A stretch of DNA of 32,000 bases from Candidatus Electronema halotolerans (lineage in GTDB: Bacteria; Desulfobacterota; Desulfobulbia; Desulfobulbales; Desulfobulbaceae), in contig OW818675.1 of the NCBI GenBank assembly GCA_942493095.1, positions 1,740,001 through 1,772,000 of the forward strand, in the 5' to 3' direction. Below are positions 1 to 10,699 of this stretch, piece after piece. The notes beneath the pieces were generated by a model, which searched no databases, was not told where the DNA came from, and was given only the letters and a program-made list of their open reading frames with translations. Numbering within the stretch: the stretch's first letter is position 1; the number at the start of each line of letters is the position of its first letter. The position numbers and the translations under genes were made by a program.

Positions 1-326
1 TGGATGTGGTCATGGTCGGCTCGCAGACCGGCACTGAGGAGGACTACCGCGAGCTGGAGGCGATCACTGATCCGGGCACAGTCATTGTCGATGATGCCAA
101 CCCGCTGGAGCTGAACAGCTTTCTCAAGGAAAAAGGCGTGGATATCTTTGTCGGCGGAGTCAAGGAGCGGCCTATTGCCTACAAGCTGGGCATTGGCTTC
201 TGCGACCACAACCATGAGCGCAAGGAGGCTCTGGCTGGCTTTGAGGGCATGCTCAACTTTGCCAAAGAGGTCTATTCCTCGGTCATGAGTCCGGTCTGGC
301 GGTTTGTGCCGAGGAAGACAGCCTGA
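1..326 (+). CDS. Nitrogenase component-1 family protein (NifE/NifD-like), C-terminal fragment; the 5' end lies outside the window
   Basis: The reading frame is open from the window edge (codons start at nt 3). The tail GIGFCDHNHERKEALAGFEGMLNFAKEVYSSVMSPVWRFV resembles the conserved C-terminal end of NifE/NifD-type subunits (..INxER..AGYxGM......SPVW). Only about 108 aa are visible, so the subfamily is uncertain. Confidence 0.55.
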   Translation, partial: DVVMVGSQTGTEEDYRELEAITDPGTVIVDDANPLELNSFLKEKGVDIFVGGVKERPIAYKLGIGFCDHNHERKEALAGFEGMLNFAKEVYSSVMSPVWRFVPRKTA

Positions 327-339
327 GCGGCCTGACTAT

Positions 340-2823
340 TCAAAAGGCAGGCTGTGCTCTTCCGCACTCCAGAACCCTGCCGTCTGTTGCGCACTGCGCT
401 GCTCCCTGTTCTCTGGTGATCCAGACCGCAATATGCCGCTCCTGCCAGAGGGCAAGATTTGTCGCTGCCGGGAAATGCTCCTGCCGATACCCTGTTCCGG
501 CGGAAACCACAATCAGCTCTGGTCTGACCGCTGCCAGAAACGCTTCGCTGTTTGAGGTGCTGCTGCCATGATGCGCGGCCAGAAGCATATCCGCCTGCAA
601 GTCCTCGTTTTTTTGGATAAGCAGTTGTTCGCTGCGCTTGCCGATGTCGCCGGGCAGGAGAAAAGCCCGTTGCCCGTGCTGATAACGAAGCACCAGCGAG
701 GCATCGTTGACATCCCCTCCCGGAGCTGCGCCGTGCAGGACGGTCAGAGCAAAGTCCTTGCCCTGCGCCAGCCGTTGTTTGTTCTCAGGAATCAGCACGC
801 GGATGCCCTGCCCTGCTGCCTGATCAAGAATCTGCTGATAATTCCCCTCCCGGTGCGCGTCACCGTTAATCCAGAGCTGCTTGGGCCGGAAATGGCAAAG
901 GATGAAGTCCATGCCGCTGAAATGGTCGCTGTGCGGATGGCTGATCACGGCCTGATCCAGCCGCCAGATGCGCTGGCTCCAGAGATACGGCCCGATGACC
1001 TGCTCGCCGATTTTGGCCGCTGTGCTGCCGCCGTCGGCAAGAATACGGGTGCCGTCCGGCAAATGGAGAAATGCCGATGAGCCTTGGCCGATATCCAAGA
1101 TTGTGACCTGACTGCGGCCCGGTCGTTCTGGCAGCCAGAGTCCCCACGTAAAATGGAGAACAAGGAGGGCTGCGCCGAGCAGCGCGGTTTTGCGACGATG
1201 CAGCGTCCAGAGCAGGAGCAGCAGGAAATACGCAAGAATTTCCCAACTGCTGGGCCTGATTGTCCAGACCGAAGCCCACGGCAGGGCGGCTCCTTGGCCA
1301 ACGCACCATTGCCCGGCTGCAAGACCGAGGCTGCCGATCTTGAGCAGCACGATGGCGAGCGGCGGAGAGATGAAAATGCAGGGAATGGCTGCCAAGCCCC
1401 ACGGCAAGGCCCAGAAGCAAAGCAGCGGCTCGATCAGCAGGTTCAGCAGCGGGCTGATCAGCGAAATGCGGTGGAAATGGAAGAGCATCAGCGGCAGGGT
1501 GCCCAAGGTTGCGGCAATGGAGGCCATGAATAGCGGCACCAGCCAGCGGGCAATAATGCCTTTTTTCTCTTCCGAATCTGGCGGCAGAATCTGGGGCAGG
1601 AAGAGAATCAAAGCGGCGACTGCACTGAAAGAGAGCTGAAACGAGGCCGTGAACAGGGTCAGCGGATTGCTGGCTAAAACCAGCAGGGCGGCGGCAGCAA
1701 GCAGGTGCAGCAGGTTGTGCTGGCGGCGGAGCAGCGCAGCGGCAAGGAGAATCGCGGCCATGACCACCGCCCGCAGCACCGGCGTGTTCATCCCGGCAAT
1801 CAGGGCGTAGGTGAAGAGCAGCGGCAGGGTGCCCAGCAGGGCCAAGCTCGGCAGATGGCTGTGCAGGAGCAGCCAGCGCGACCGTCCCAAGAGCCAGCGG
1901 AGCAGTGTGGCGGCCAGCAGGGCGAGCAGGCCGACATGCAGGCCGGAAATCGCCAAGATGTGCATGGTGCCGGTGGCCTTGAACTGCTCCAGCAGTTCCG
2001 GCGCGACCTTGGCCCGGCTGCCGATGAGCAGGGCTTCATATACGCCTGCCAGCTCAGGGCGGAGCTGCTGGCTAAGGAACAGGCCGATCTGCTGCCGAAT
2101 CCGCTCCGGGAACCAGCGCAGCCGCTGCCAGCCGCTTTTGCTCTGATCATTGATCGGCAGCACGTCCTGCCGCTCGCTGATCCAGCCGCTCAGGTAAATA
2201 TTTTCTGCTGCCAAATAGACGGGATAGTTAAAGGCACCGGGTGTCTTGAAGCGATGCGGCGGGCCAATTTTGGCCAGCAGCATCAGGGTTGCGCCAGGCC
2301 GCAGATCATCCGCCCGGCCCGGCAGGGACAGCCGCACTCTGCCGCGCACCGGCTGCCAGTGCTGACCCAGCCGAACCTCCTCGGTCTCCAGGACAAAGCG
2401 GGAAATGAGTTCCTTGCCCTGCTCAGTTTGCTTTGTGCCGGTTTCCACCATGCCCGCGAGCGTGCCGACCAGCGTTACCTGCGTCTGCTCATGAATCAGG
2501 GAGGCGAGCTGTCCTACAGCCTGCGGCGCGTTGAGCTGATGGCGGACATGCAGGTGTCCGGTGAGGAAAAACAGGGGCAGGCTGAGGAAGAGAGCAGCCT
2601 GCTTGCTTCTGAGCACAAGGGCCAGCGCGGCAATGAGCAGCAGAGCAAGGACTGTGGCGGGTTCAGCAAGCAGCGGATGCAGCTTTCCGGCGATGATGCC
2701 AAGGAGAAAGCAGGCGGTGACTGGCAGGAGGAGGTTGCGTTCGCACCAGCGGAGGGCTGCTGGAGGGGAACCTGAATCCGTGAATTTAATGCAATAAAAA
2801 TACACTTGACTTAAAATCAACAT
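340..2823 (-). CDS. comEC: DNA internalization-related competence protein ComEC/Rec2 (polytopic membrane core plus C-terminal metallo-beta-lactamase domain)
   Basis: 827-aa ORF with many Leu/Ala-rich TM helices in the central region. The C-terminal MBL motif is AVISHPHSDHFSGM, followed later by LLAAHHGS. The architecture is typical of ComEC/Rec2. The start codon was not verified. Confidence 0.85.
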   Translation of the reverse strand: MLILSQVYFYCIKFTDSGSPPAALRWCERNLLLPVTACFLLGIIAGKLHPLLAEPATVLALLLIAALALVLRSKQAALFLSLPLFFLTGHLHVRHQLNAPQAVGQLASLIHEQTQVTLVGTLAGMVETGTKQTEQGKELISRFVLETEEVRLGQHWQPVRGRVRLSLPGRADDLRPGATLMLLAKIGPPHRFKTPGAFNYPVYLAAENIYLSGWISERQDVLPINDQSKSGWQRLRWFPERIRQQIGLFLSQQLRPELAGVYEALLIGSRAKVAPELLEQFKATGTMHILAISGLHVGLLALLAATLLRWLLGRSRWLLLHSHLPSLALLGTLPLLFTYALIAGMNTPVLRAVVMAAILLAAALLRRQHNLLHLLAAAALLVLASNPLTLFTASFQLSFSAVAALILFLPQILPPDSEEKKGIIARWLVPLFMASIAATLGTLPLMLFHFHRISLISPLLNLLIEPLLCFWALPWGLAAIPCIFISPPLAIVLLKIGSLGLAAGQWCVGQGAALPWASVWTIRPSSWEILAYFLLLLLWTLHRRKTALLGAALLVLHFTWGLWLPERPGRSQVTILDIGQGSSAFLHLPDGTRILADGGSTAAKIGEQVIGPYLWSQRIWRLDQAVISHPHSDHFSGMDFILCHFRPKQLWINGDAHREGNYQQILDQAAGQGIRVLIPENKQRLAQGKDFALTVLHGAAPGGDVNDASLVLRYQHGQRAFLLPGDIGKRSEQLLIQKNEDLQADMLLAAHHGSSTSNSEAFLAAVRPELIVVSAGTGYRQEHFPAATNLALWQERHIAVWITREQGAAQCATDGRVLECGRAQPAF

Positions 2824-2824
2824 C

Positions 2825-2853
2825 TTGACATTTCAGGCAAAAAAGTGTAATAT
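2825..2853 (+). promoter_or_regulatory. Candidate sigma70 promoter: TTGACA, 17-nt spacer, TAATAT
   Basis: TTGACA lies at 2825-2830, the spacer tttcaggcaaaaaagtg is exactly 17 nt, and TAATAT lies at 2848-2853. The element sits in AT-rich intergenic DNA and points toward the downstream signalling operon. Confidence 0.45.
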
Positions 2854-2868
2854 ATTTCTGTCAGAAAT
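2854..2868. promoter_or_regulatory. Perfect 7-1-7 palindrome ATTTCTG-T-CAGAAAT immediately downstream of the -10 element (possible operator)
   Basis: atttctg (2854-2860), t, cagaaat (2862-2868) are exact reverse complements. The palindrome overlaps the expected transcription start of the candidate promoter. Confidence 0.3.
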
Positions 2869-3195
2869 TTAACTTAGCAGATGAAAAATGAAACGTTTTA
2901 TTCTCAATGGTTCGGTAATTTTTTTCAGCGCGTGAGGCGCAACGATGTTCAAAATCGACTATGCTGAATAAAAGACTTGAATAAAACTCAATAGTATTGG
3001 CTCTCCGATAATTTCCGGGGTTGTAATTCCAGTGCTTTTGGTGGTGCGAAAAAGTGATGGATGGCGAGCAGCACGGCCCGGAACGGCTGCGGGATTTGAC
3101 AGGCCTCTTGTTTTGTGGTATTTGAAGCAGGCTTCCTTGCCAAGGAGCACGGCGAATCCAATGCCTGACCTCTGCCATATATCCACCGCAGCCCC

Positions 3196-3510
3196 GTGCC
3201 GAATCTGAACAGAAAACAGCAGCCAGAGCCGTATGGTCAGACGGCGGTCATTCTTTTTCTCCTCCTGCTCTTCCTGCTGGCCGTGCTCTGCATCGGCATC
3301 GGCCTGAGCTGGCTGGAGACCCCGCCGTCAGCCTCCTCTCCGCCCGCTTCCGCAGCGGCAGCCTGCATTGAGCCGCAAAAAAAATCAGGCAGCTTGTCAT
3401 TCCATCAGTTCCGCCGTATCATGAAAAAAGAAGACCTGCGCAGCTTTGCTCTTTTTCCGTTGACTGACGGAACGGCAATGTCCTGCGGCCTCAATATGCT
3501 GAGAGGATGA
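3196..3510 (+). CDS. Hypothetical small membrane protein (one predicted TM helix)
   Basis: GTG-initiated 104-aa ORF with the hydrophobic segment AVILFLLLLFLLAVLCIGIGLSW. It has no recognisable family, no clear Shine-Dalgarno and low-complexity Ser/Pro/Ala content. It may instead be untranslated leader. Confidence 0.25.
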   Translation: MPNLNRKQQPEPYGQTAVILFLLLLFLLAVLCIGIGLSWLETPPSASSPPASAAAACIEPQKKSGSLSFHQFRRIMKKEDLRSFALFPLTDGTAMSCGLNMLRG

Positions 3511-3517
3511 TGACACC

Positions 3518-3901
3518 ATGAACGGAACCGTGGAAAGGTCTCCAGCAATTTTAGTCATTGATGACGACTTCGCCAATCGCAAAGTGCTGGAGATGGTGCT
3601 CAAGCGGTCTGGCTATCATCCGATGCTGGCTGGAGACGGGGAGGAGGGGCTGCGGCAGGCGCGGGAAACCTTGCCGGACTTGATTCTTCTTGATCTCTTC
3701 ATGCCGGGCGAGGACGGTTTTGAGGTGCTGACTCAGTTCAAGGAGGACGAGAGGCTCCGGGCGGTGCCGGTGGTCATCTTCACCGTGCTAGTCCGGGAGG
3801 AGTCAGAGCGGAAGGCCCTTGAGCTGGGCGCGGCGGCCTATGTCACCAAGCCCTTTGATGTCGATGAGGTGATCACCTGCATTCGCCGCATTCTGCCATG
3901 A
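3518..3901 (+). CDS. Response regulator, stand-alone receiver (CheY-like) domain
   Basis: Receiver motifs ILVIDDD, DLILLDLFMPGEDG (phospho-acceptor Asp), VVIFT and YVTKPF. The stop overlaps the next start (ATGA, 3898-3901). Confidence 0.9.
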   Translation: MNGTVERSPAILVIDDDFANRKVLEMVLKRSGYHPMLAGDGEEGLRQARETLPDLILLDLFMPGEDGFEVLTQFKEDERLRAVPVVIFTVLVREESERKALELGAAAYVTKPFDVDEVITCIRRILP

Positions 3902-5541
3902 TGCTGCCTTTTGCCGGGCAAAGCGCGCCGCCGCCGGAACAGAGCCTGTCCTGCGGCAGGGAGGAGCGCGTCTGCGTCCTGCTGGTCCTGTGCGCCTCCC
4001 TGCTCGGCCTCTGGTGGACGAGCCATCATAATTACCTGCTCTTCCACAGCTTGGTGGAGATGTACAATGTGGTGGTGCTCTGGGGAGTCTTTTTTGTCAC
4101 CTGGAGTGCCCGACGGCTGCTGCGCAGCAACTGTCTGCTGATGCTGGGCGTGTCCTCGCTCTTTGTCGGCTTTCTCTATCTGCTCCACATGCTGGCCTAC
4201 AAGGGCATGGGTGTTTTTTTCCAAGCTGATGCCAATCTGCCCACCCAGCTCTGGATTGCGGCCCGCCTGCTCCAAGGGCTGTCCTTTGCTGCCGCCGCAG
4301 CCAGCCTTTTTCGCCCCAAGTTAGATATCAGCGCGCCGCCGCTTGCCGCCTTCTGGGGACTGCTGACCCTGCTCTCCACCTGGCTGATTTTTACAGGCCG
4401 CTTCCCGGTCTGCTTTGTCGAGGGCAGCGGCCTGACCTTGTTTAAGCAAGCAGGGGAATGGCTAGCCATAGTCTTGCTGCTGACTGCCGGTCTGCTTATC
4501 TGGCTGCACCGGGAGCAGGTCAATGTCAAAATATTGCGCCTCCTCCTTGCCGCCCTGCTCCTGACTGCGGCGGCAGGCTTCATGTTCACCCGCTACGCCT
4601 CAGTCTATGGCCCGGCCAACATGCTGGGTCATTTCTTTAATCTCGGCTCCTCCTACTGTCTGTTCCGGGCCTTCATCCGCACTGGCATCACCGCGCCACA
4701 GGCCCTGCTCTTCCATGAGCTGAACCGTCGGCAGGAGGAGCTGGAGCAGAGCAAAGACAATCTGGAGCAGCAGGTGCGGCAGCGCACCGCCAATCTGCAT
4801 CAGAAAAACAAGGAGCTGGAGGAGAGCAACCAGCGGCTCAATGATTTTGCCTACAGCATTTCCCATGATCTGCGCGAGCCGCTGCGGGGCATGTACAACT
4901 TTGCCCATTTTCTGGCGGAAGATTACCGGGACAGCATTGACCAGGATGGCCGCGAGATGCTGGACACCATCATGCGGCTGGCCAAACGCTTGGATGCCCA
5001 GGTGCTGGCCGTGCTCAAATATTCCCGCATCGGGCGGCTGGACTTGGACCTGCATCCGACTGATCTTGACCGCCTGCTCGACGAGGTCATCGACAGCCTC
5101 CAAGGGCGCATCGCCGCTGCCAAGGTCAGGATCAAACGGCCCGAGCCGCTGCCGCACATCCTCTGCCATGCTGAATATGTCCGGGAGGCGTTCCACAATC
5201 TGATCAGCAATGCGGTTATCTACAATGACAAGGATATCAAAGAGATTGCAATTGGCTGGCATCCGCCTGGCTTCCTGCCTGCGGGCGTTCCCATGCAGGA
5301 GCGGAATGCGCCGGTTTTTTACGTCCGCGACAACGGCATTGGCATTCCAGAGAAGCATTTTCAAAAAATTTTTGGTATATTTCGTCGGCTGCACGGACAG
5401 GACAAATACGGGGGCGGCACCGGCGTGGGGCTGACCATTGCCCGACAGGTGATTGAGCGGCACGGCGGCCTGATCACCTTGAAGTCAGAGCCGGGCAAAG
5501 GCACCACCTTTTATTTCACGCTCTCCTCCGGGGAATCATGA
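3898..5541 (+). CDS. Sensor histidine kinase with a polytopic N-terminal membrane sensor region (MASE3-like, tentative)
   Basis: About 270 aa of TM helices are followed by a coiled coil. Kinase motifs are H-box [17 protein letters not shown]-box [11 protein letters not shown]1 VRDNGIGI and G2 [10 protein letters not shown]. Confidence 0.9.
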   Translation: MMLPFAGQSAPPPEQSLSCGREERVCVLLVLCASLLGLWWTSHHNYLLFHSLVEMYNVVVLWGVFFVTWSARRLLRSNCLLMLGVSSLFVGFLYLLHMLAYKGMGVFFQADANLPTQLWIAARLLQGLSFAAAAASLFRPKLDISAPPLAAFWGLLTLLSTWLIFTGRFPVCFVEGSGLTLFKQAGEWLAIVLLLTAGLLIWLHREQVNVKILRLLLAALLLTAAAGFMFTRYASVYGPANMLGHFFNLGSSYCLFRAFIRTGITAPQALLFHELNRRQEELEQSKDNLEQQVRQRTANLHQKNKELEESNQRLNDFAYSISHDLREPLRGMYNFAHFLAEDYRDSIDQDGREMLDTIMRLAKRLDAQVLAVLKYSRIGRLDLDLHPTDLDRLLDEVIDSLQGRIAAAKVRIKRPEPLPHILCHAEYVREAFHNLISNAVIYNDKDIKEIAIGWHPPGFLPAGVPMQERNAPVFYVRDNGIGIPEKHFQKIFGIFRRLHGQDKYGGGTGVGLTIARQVIERHGGLITLKSEPGKGTTFYFTLSSGES

Positions 5542-7790
5542 GGCAGATGTTCACACAGAACGAAACAGCAGACAAAGGCAGCAAACTGCGCCAGCGGGCC
5601 GAGGCCGCAGTTGCCGAACTTGAGGAAAAGGCCTATTCGGAAGATTCAGCCGACGTGAAACGTTTGGTCGAAGAGCTGAACATCTTTCACGTTGAGCTGG
5701 AAATGCAGAACGAGGAGCTGCGCCGCACTCAGGCCGCCTTGGAGCGATCCCGGCGGCATCTGGCCGACTTGTTCACCCATGCGCCAATCGGCTTTCTGGT
5801 TCTTGGCCGCAACGGCCAGATTGTTGAGACCAACACCTTGGCCAGAGAGTATTTCGGTCTTTCCGAACAGATGCTGACCAAGCGCACCCTTCAGTCCTTT
5901 ATCAGCCCGGACACTTTTCACACCTATATTGAGGCGGTGCAGAAGGTGCGGCGCGGCGAGACCAGAATCGCCCAGGCCGAAGTCAGACTCCGCATCACCC
6001 CGGATCAGCATTTCTGGGCTAGGCTGCGCATGGACATGATTGACGCTTATGATCAGGAGGAGAAAATTATTCTCTGCTCAATACGGAATATTGACAAGGA
6101 AAAGGCGGCGGAGCGGGTCCTGCTCAATGCCCGCGCCGAGCTGCTGACCCAGATTGAGTACCGGACCTCGGAGCTGGAGATTTCAGAACGCAAGTACCAC
6201 CTGCTGCTCAATCATGCCAATGACGCGATCATCGTCAGCCTGGCGAAAAACGGCATCATTGTTGAAGCCAACGAGCAGGCCTCCCGCCTGCTCAACATCC
6301 CGGTGCGGCGGCTGCTGGGCTGTCATTTGGCCAGCATTTTCTCGCCTGAGCAGGTGGCGGAGTTCTTCAACCTGCCGTCCGCTTCAGACGACAATGAAGG
6401 CGCAGCAGGCAGCGTGGTGGAGACGCTGGTCCGCAGCCTTCATGAGCAGCAAATTCCGGTCGAAGTCAGCACGGCGGCAGTGGACTTCCAAGGCGAGCAT
6501 TTTCTGCTGCATATCATGCGCGACATCAGCGACCGAAAACAGGCGGAAAAGGAGCTGCGGCAGGCGAAGCGACGGACCGAGCATGCCAACATGGCCCTGA
6601 TGTCAACCATCAGCAAGGCCAAGCGGCTGGCTGAGGAGGCGCGGGAGGCCAACCGGGCCAAGAGTCGCTTTTTAGCCGCCATGAGCCATGAGATCAGAAC
6701 CCCGATGAACGCCATCATCGGCATGACCGAGATTGTCCTCCAGAGCCAGCTGAACCAGGAGCAGCATCGTTTTCTCAGCATTGTCCGCAACTCTGCCGGG
6801 CGGCTGCTCGACCTGATCAACGACATCCTTGATTTCTCCAAAATTGAGGCGGGCAAGCTCAGTCTCTCGTCCGCACCCTTTTCCCTGAAACAAAGCCTGC
6901 TCTCAGTCCGGGACGAAATGCAGATTCTGGCCGAGCAGAAAAATCTCTATCTGCACTTTGATTTCAAAGGCTGCGTGGAGCATGAGCTGTTTGGTGATTT
7001 CAGCCGCATCAGGCAGGTTCTGGTCAATCTGCTCGGCAATGCGATCAAATTCACTGACGAAGGCTGCGTGGTCTTCAGCGTCGAGGTGCTGGATCCGCCG
7101 CCAATCACGACCCCGGAACCGGTCAGAGTCCGTTTTGTGGTCAGTGATTCCGGGCCTGGCATTTCCGAAGACCGGCAGACGGTCATTTTTGAAGCCTTTG
7201 AGCAGTCCCAGAAGGACAAGGGCGGCACCGGCTTGGGCCTGTCCATCTCCATGCAGATTGTCAAGATGATGGGCGGCGTGATTCAAGTTGACAGCAGTCC
7301 GGGCAAAGGCAGCTGTTTTTTCTTCACCCTCTCCCTGCCCACTGCCGAACCGCAGGCGCAGGGCGCTGTCCCCGCTTCCGCTGCCAAGGCGGCCCGGAAG
7401 CCGGTCCCCAGCTCCAAGCAGCTCTCTGTGCTCTTGGTTGATGATGTCGAGGCCAACCGGATTCTGGCCCGCCATCTCATGGAGCAGCGGGGCTGGCAGG
7501 TCTGCGAGGCGGTCAATGGACAGGAGGCCTTGGACCGGGTGGCGGAGCAGGACTATGATCTGGTCCTGATGGACGTGGAAATGCCGGTCATGAACGGCAT
7601 TGAGGCGACCAAGCAGCTGCGGCGGCAGGAGGCGGGCAATGGCGGCGGCCATCTGCCGGTGATTGCCATGACCGCCCATGCCCTCCAAGGCGACCGGGAA
7701 CGGATGCTGGCCTCCGGCATGGACGACTATGTGAGCAAGCCGTTGATCTTGGATGAATTCTTTCAAGCCATTGAACGACAGCTGCGGTGA
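5538..7790 (+). CDS. Hybrid sensor histidine kinase / response regulator with PAS domains
   Basis: Two PAS-like regions are followed by H-box [20 protein letters not shown]-box [10 protein letters not shown]1 VSDSGPGI and G2 [10 protein letters not shown]. The C-terminal receiver reads [11 protein letters not shown]...[14 protein letters not shown]...YVSKP. It joins the upstream gene through an ATGA overlap. Confidence 0.9.
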   Translation: MRQMFTQNETADKGSKLRQRAEAAVAELEEKAYSEDSADVKRLVEELNIFHVELEMQNEELRRTQAALERSRRHLADLFTHAPIGFLVLGRNGQIVETNTLAREYFGLSEQMLTKRTLQSFISPDTFHTYIEAVQKVRRGETRIAQAEVRLRITPDQHFWARLRMDMIDAYDQEEKIILCSIRNIDKEKAAERVLLNARAELLTQIEYRTSELEISERKYHLLLNHANDAIIVSLAKNGIIVEANEQASRLLNIPVRRLLGCHLASIFSPEQVAEFFNLPSASDDNEGAAGSVVETLVRSLHEQQIPVEVSTAAVDFQGEHFLLHIMRDISDRKQAEKELRQAKRRTEHANMALMSTISKAKRLAEEAREANRAKSRFLAAMSHEIRTPMNAIIGMTEIVLQSQLNQEQHRFLSIVRNSAGRLLDLINDILDFSKIEAGKLSLSSAPFSLKQSLLSVRDEMQILAEQKNLYLHFDFKGCVEHELFGDFSRIRQVLVNLLGNAIKFTDEGCVVFSVEVLDPPPITTPEPVRVRFVVSDSGPGISEDRQTVIFEAFEQSQKDKGGTGLGLSISMQIVKMMGGVIQVDSSPGKGSCFFFTLSLPTAEPQAQGAVPASAAKAARKPVPSSKQLSVLLVDDVEANRILARHLMEQRGWQVCEAVNGQEALDRVAEQDYDLVLMDVEMPVMNGIEATKQLRRQEAGNGGGHLPVIAMTAHALQGDRERMLASGMDDYVSKPLILDEFFQAIERQLR

Positions 7791-10699
7791 CTGATTCCAA
7801 CGCGCAGGAACAGACAGGCTGGGCCTGCGGCACAGTTGGCCTTGGTGCTTCGGCAGGCGGCTTGGAAGCCCTGATCAGCTTCTTTAAAGCCATGCCGACG
7901 GACAGCGGCCTGGTCTTCATTGTGGTCCAGCATCTGTCGCCGGACCGGAAAAGCGCCATGCCGGATTTGCTGGCGCATCACACCAGCATGAACATTTTTC
8001 CGGCAGAGCATGGCATGCGCGTCATGCCGGACTGCATCTATCTCCAGCCGCCCCAGACCAACATGACCCTGTTCAAGGGCGCCCTGCTCTTGGACAAGGT
8101 GACAGGCCAGCCCAAGCCGCATCTGCCGATAGATTTTTTTTTCCGCAGCTTGGCTGAGGACCAGAAGGCGCAGGCTGTGGCCATAGTCCTGTCTGGCACG
8201 GGCAGTGACGGCAGCCGGGGCATTGCCGCTGTCAGGCAGGGGGGCGGCATGGTCTTGGTGCAGACACCGGCAGAGGCTGGTTTTGACGGCATGCCGCAGA
8301 GTGCCGCCGCCACTGGCCTGGCTGACTGGATATGCCCGGCAGCGGAGATGCCGAAACGGCTTCAGGACTATCTGCGCCATCCCCGCCTCCGCCGCCAGGC
8401 AGAGGCATCTGCAGGCGAGGAGGCGGACATGACCAGAATCATCGCCCTGCTGCGCAGCCGCACCAATATTGATTTCAGTCTGTACAAGCCGGTCACGATC
8501 AGCCGCCGGATCAGCCGGAGAATGGCGCTGTCCCGCTGCCCAGCCCTGCACGATTATGTGGAGCTGCTCCAGATGCAGCCCTACGAGGCGGACCTGCTCC
8601 AGCGCGACCTGCTGATCGGCGTGACCCGTTTTTTCCGTGACCACAAGGAGTTCGACTATCTGCGGGAAAACATCATTCCCCAGATATTTGACAGCGCGGC
8701 AGAACAGGAGGAAATCCGGGTCTGGGATGCGGGCTGCTCCACTGGCGAGGAAGCCTACACGGTGGCCATGCTTCTCCATGACTACATGACCCGGAAACGG
8801 AAAGGCAGACGCTGGAAGATCAAGGTCTTTGCCACGGATTTGGATCAGCACGCCATTGCCAAGGCGGCCAGAGGCTTTTATTCCGAAGGCATTGCCGCTG
8901 ATCTGCCCCAGGACATTCTGGAACGGTATTTCAGAAAGACAGAGAACGGCTTCATTGTCCGGCGGCACATCCGGGAAATGGTCCTCTTTGCCCAGCAGAA
9001 CCTGCTCCAAGATTCGCCCTTCACCCGCTTGGACATGGCGGTCTGCCGCAACCTGCTCATTTACTTGCAGCCTGCGGTGCAGCAGGAGGTGCTGGCCCTG
9101 TTTCATTTTGCGGTCAAGGAAGGCGGCTTTCTCTTTCTCGGCAGCAGCGAGACTGTGACCGAGGACATGGCCGACAATTTCCTGGCCGTGAATCGGCATA
9201 TCCGCATCTACCGTCATGCAGGCAAGGGCCTGCCGCCGCCGAACCGGAACCTGCGGCTGGCCCAGTTTCCCACGTCCCTGCCACTCCGGCAGCCTGAGGC
9301 GGACGCAGTGCGCCAGCGCATGGACTTGGCCCAGCGGCTGGAGCTGCGGGAAGCCCATTATCAGCGCATTGTCGGCAGGATGGCGGCGGCCTGCCTGCTG
9401 GTCAGCCGAGAAGGGGAGATCATTGAGAGCTTTGGCCGGACTGAGCTGCTTCTTCAGCCGCAGCCCGGCAAGATGAACCTGCACCTCAGCGCCATGCTGA
9501 CTCCCACCCTGCTCCTGCCGGTCTGCACGGCCATGCGCGCCTGCCAGCATGAGGTCAAGGGCGAGATGGTCTATGACAACATCAAGATCAGCGAAACCAG
9601 CTCGATCCGCTGGCTGCTCCGGGCCGTGTTCCTGCCGGAGGAGCGGCTGTATCCGGCCAGCATCCTTGTTGCCTTGGAGCAGATGCCGGGCAGATCGGAG
9701 CGGGCCGGGCCGAAAAACAGTCAGCACGAGGAGGAAGTCAACCGGCAGCTACTTGATCTGAAACGGGAAGTTCAGTTCACCCGCGAAAGTCTTGAGGCGG
9801 CCAATGAGGCTCTGCAAACCTCGAATGAGGAGCTGCAGGCGGCCAATGAGGCCCTGCTGGCCTCGAATGAGGAGCTGCAGAGTGCCAACGAGGAGCTGAA
9901 CTCCCTTAATGAGGAACTGAGCACGGTCAATGCCGAATATCAGAGCAAGATCGCGGAGATGTCCGAGCTGTACAATGACTTGGACAATCTTTTTTGCAGC
10001 ACCGACATTGGCTTCATTTTTGTTGACCGGGAGCTGCGCATCCGCAAATACACGCCCTCCGTGGTCAAGGTGATCAACCTGATGCGGCAGGACTTGGGCC
10101 GCCGGATCAGCGACATGGCCGCGCCGCTCTTAGGTGATATTGAGGCCGAGCTGGCAAGCCTGCTCCTGACCCGGAAAAAAAAGGAGCGGGTGGTCCGGCA
10201 CAAGGAGGAGTTCTGGTATCTGGTCCAGTTCATTCCCTATATTGACGAAACCAATGAAGTCAGCGGCATGGTGATTTCCATTGTTGATGTCAGCGAGCAG
10301 AAGCGGGCCGAGGAGGCCCTGCGCCAGTCCAGCGAAGTTCTGGAGCAGATTTTGGCAGCCAGCCCGGCTCCGACCATGATGGTGACCACAGAGGGCGACA
10401 TCCGTTTTGCCAATGAAATGGCGGCGATCATGTTCACCCGGCCAGCCGAGGAGCTGGTGGGCCTGCCGCTCAGTTCCGAACATTTCCTCTTCACTGATCT
10501 GGAAGGCCGCGCCTTTGCCGAGGCCCAGGACTTTGTCCGGGCTGCTGCCGAGGCCAAGGAGGCCCTGATCATCCGCTTGCAAGGCAGAGAGAGCAGGCAG
10601 GAATATTTTCTCACGGTCAAGGCCAACAAACTGACCGCGCAGAACAGCCGTCTGAACGGCGTGGTCCTGACCTTCAGCGAAATCGCCCGGCAAAATTGA
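7787..10699 (+). CDS. CheB-type methylesterase / CheR-type methyltransferase fusion protein with coiled coil and PAS domains
   Basis: N-terminal CheB-like block [16 protein letters not shown]...[12 protein letters not shown]. CheR SAM-methyltransferase block [20 protein letters not shown]...[19 protein letters not shown] heptad coiled coil ([40 protein letters not shown]) is followed by PAS-like C-terminal regions. The GTG start overlaps the upstream stop (GTGA). Confidence 0.9.
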   Translation: MTDSNAQEQTGWACGTVGLGASAGGLEALISFFKAMPTDSGLVFIVVQHLSPDRKSAMPDLLAHHTSMNIFPAEHGMRVMPDCIYLQPPQTNMTLFKGALLLDKVTGQPKPHLPIDFFFRSLAEDQKAQAVAIVLSGTGSDGSRGIAAVRQGGGMVLVQTPAEAGFDGMPQSAAATGLADWICPAAEMPKRLQDYLRHPRLRRQAEASAGEEADMTRIIALLRSRTNIDFSLYKPVTISRRISRRMALSRCPALHDYVELLQMQPYEADLLQRDLLIGVTRFFRDHKEFDYLRENIIPQIFDSAAEQEEIRVWDAGCSTGEEAYTVAMLLHDYMTRKRKGRRWKIKVFATDLDQHAIAKAARGFYSEGIAADLPQDILERYFRKTENGFIVRRHIREMVLFAQQNLLQDSPFTRLDMAVCRNLLIYLQPAVQQEVLALFHFAVKEGGFLFLGSSETVTEDMADNFLAVNRHIRIYRHAGKGLPPPNRNLRLAQFPTSLPLRQPEADAVRQRMDLAQRLELREAHYQRIVGRMAAACLLVSREGEIIESFGRTELLLQPQPGKMNLHLSAMLTPTLLLPVCTAMRACQHEVKGEMVYDNIKISETSSIRWLLRAVFLPEERLYPASILVALEQMPGRSERAGPKNSQHEEEVNRQLLDLKREVQFTRESLEAANEALQTSNEELQAANEALLASNEELQSANEELNSLNEELSTVNAEYQSKIAEMSELYNDLDNLFCSTDIGFIFVDRELRIRKYTPSVVKVINLMRQDLGRRISDMAAPLLGDIEAELASLLLTRKKKERVVRHKEEFWYLVQFIPYIDETNEVSGMVISIVDVSEQKRAEEALRQSSEVLEQILAASPAPTMMVTTEGDIRFANEMAAIMFTRPAEELVGLPLSSEHFLFTDLEGRAFAEAQDFVRAAAEAKEALIIRLQGRESRQEYFLTVKANKLTAQNSRLNGVVLTFSEIARQN

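Noticed and set aside
1705-2775. 356-aa plus-strand ORF inside comEC, with several shorter ORFs in 513-2797
   Set aside because: These are antisense or alternate-frame shadows of comEC. They are Gln/Arg/Gly/Ala-rich with no family signature.
2861-3186. Two overlapping minus-strand ORFs (105 and 75 aa) in the AT-rich intergenic region
   Set aside because: They have no Shine-Dalgarno, no motifs and odd composition, and they overlap each other in different frames. The region was treated as non-coding leader or promoter DNA.
7763-9727. 654-aa ORF on the minus strand, opposite the CheB-CheR gene
   Set aside because: Its translation is Arg/Ala/Gly/Pro/Leu-rich low-complexity sequence with no motifs. 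The plus strand has unambiguous CheB/CheR signatures. Long stop-free antisense frames are expected in high-GC coding DNA.
9775-9935. Apparent tandem DNA repeat (aatgaggagctgca-type units)
   Set aside because: It encodes the NEEL/NEAL heptad coiled coil characteristic of CheB-CheR-PAS fusion proteins. It is in frame and is not a CRISPR array or other non-coding repeat.
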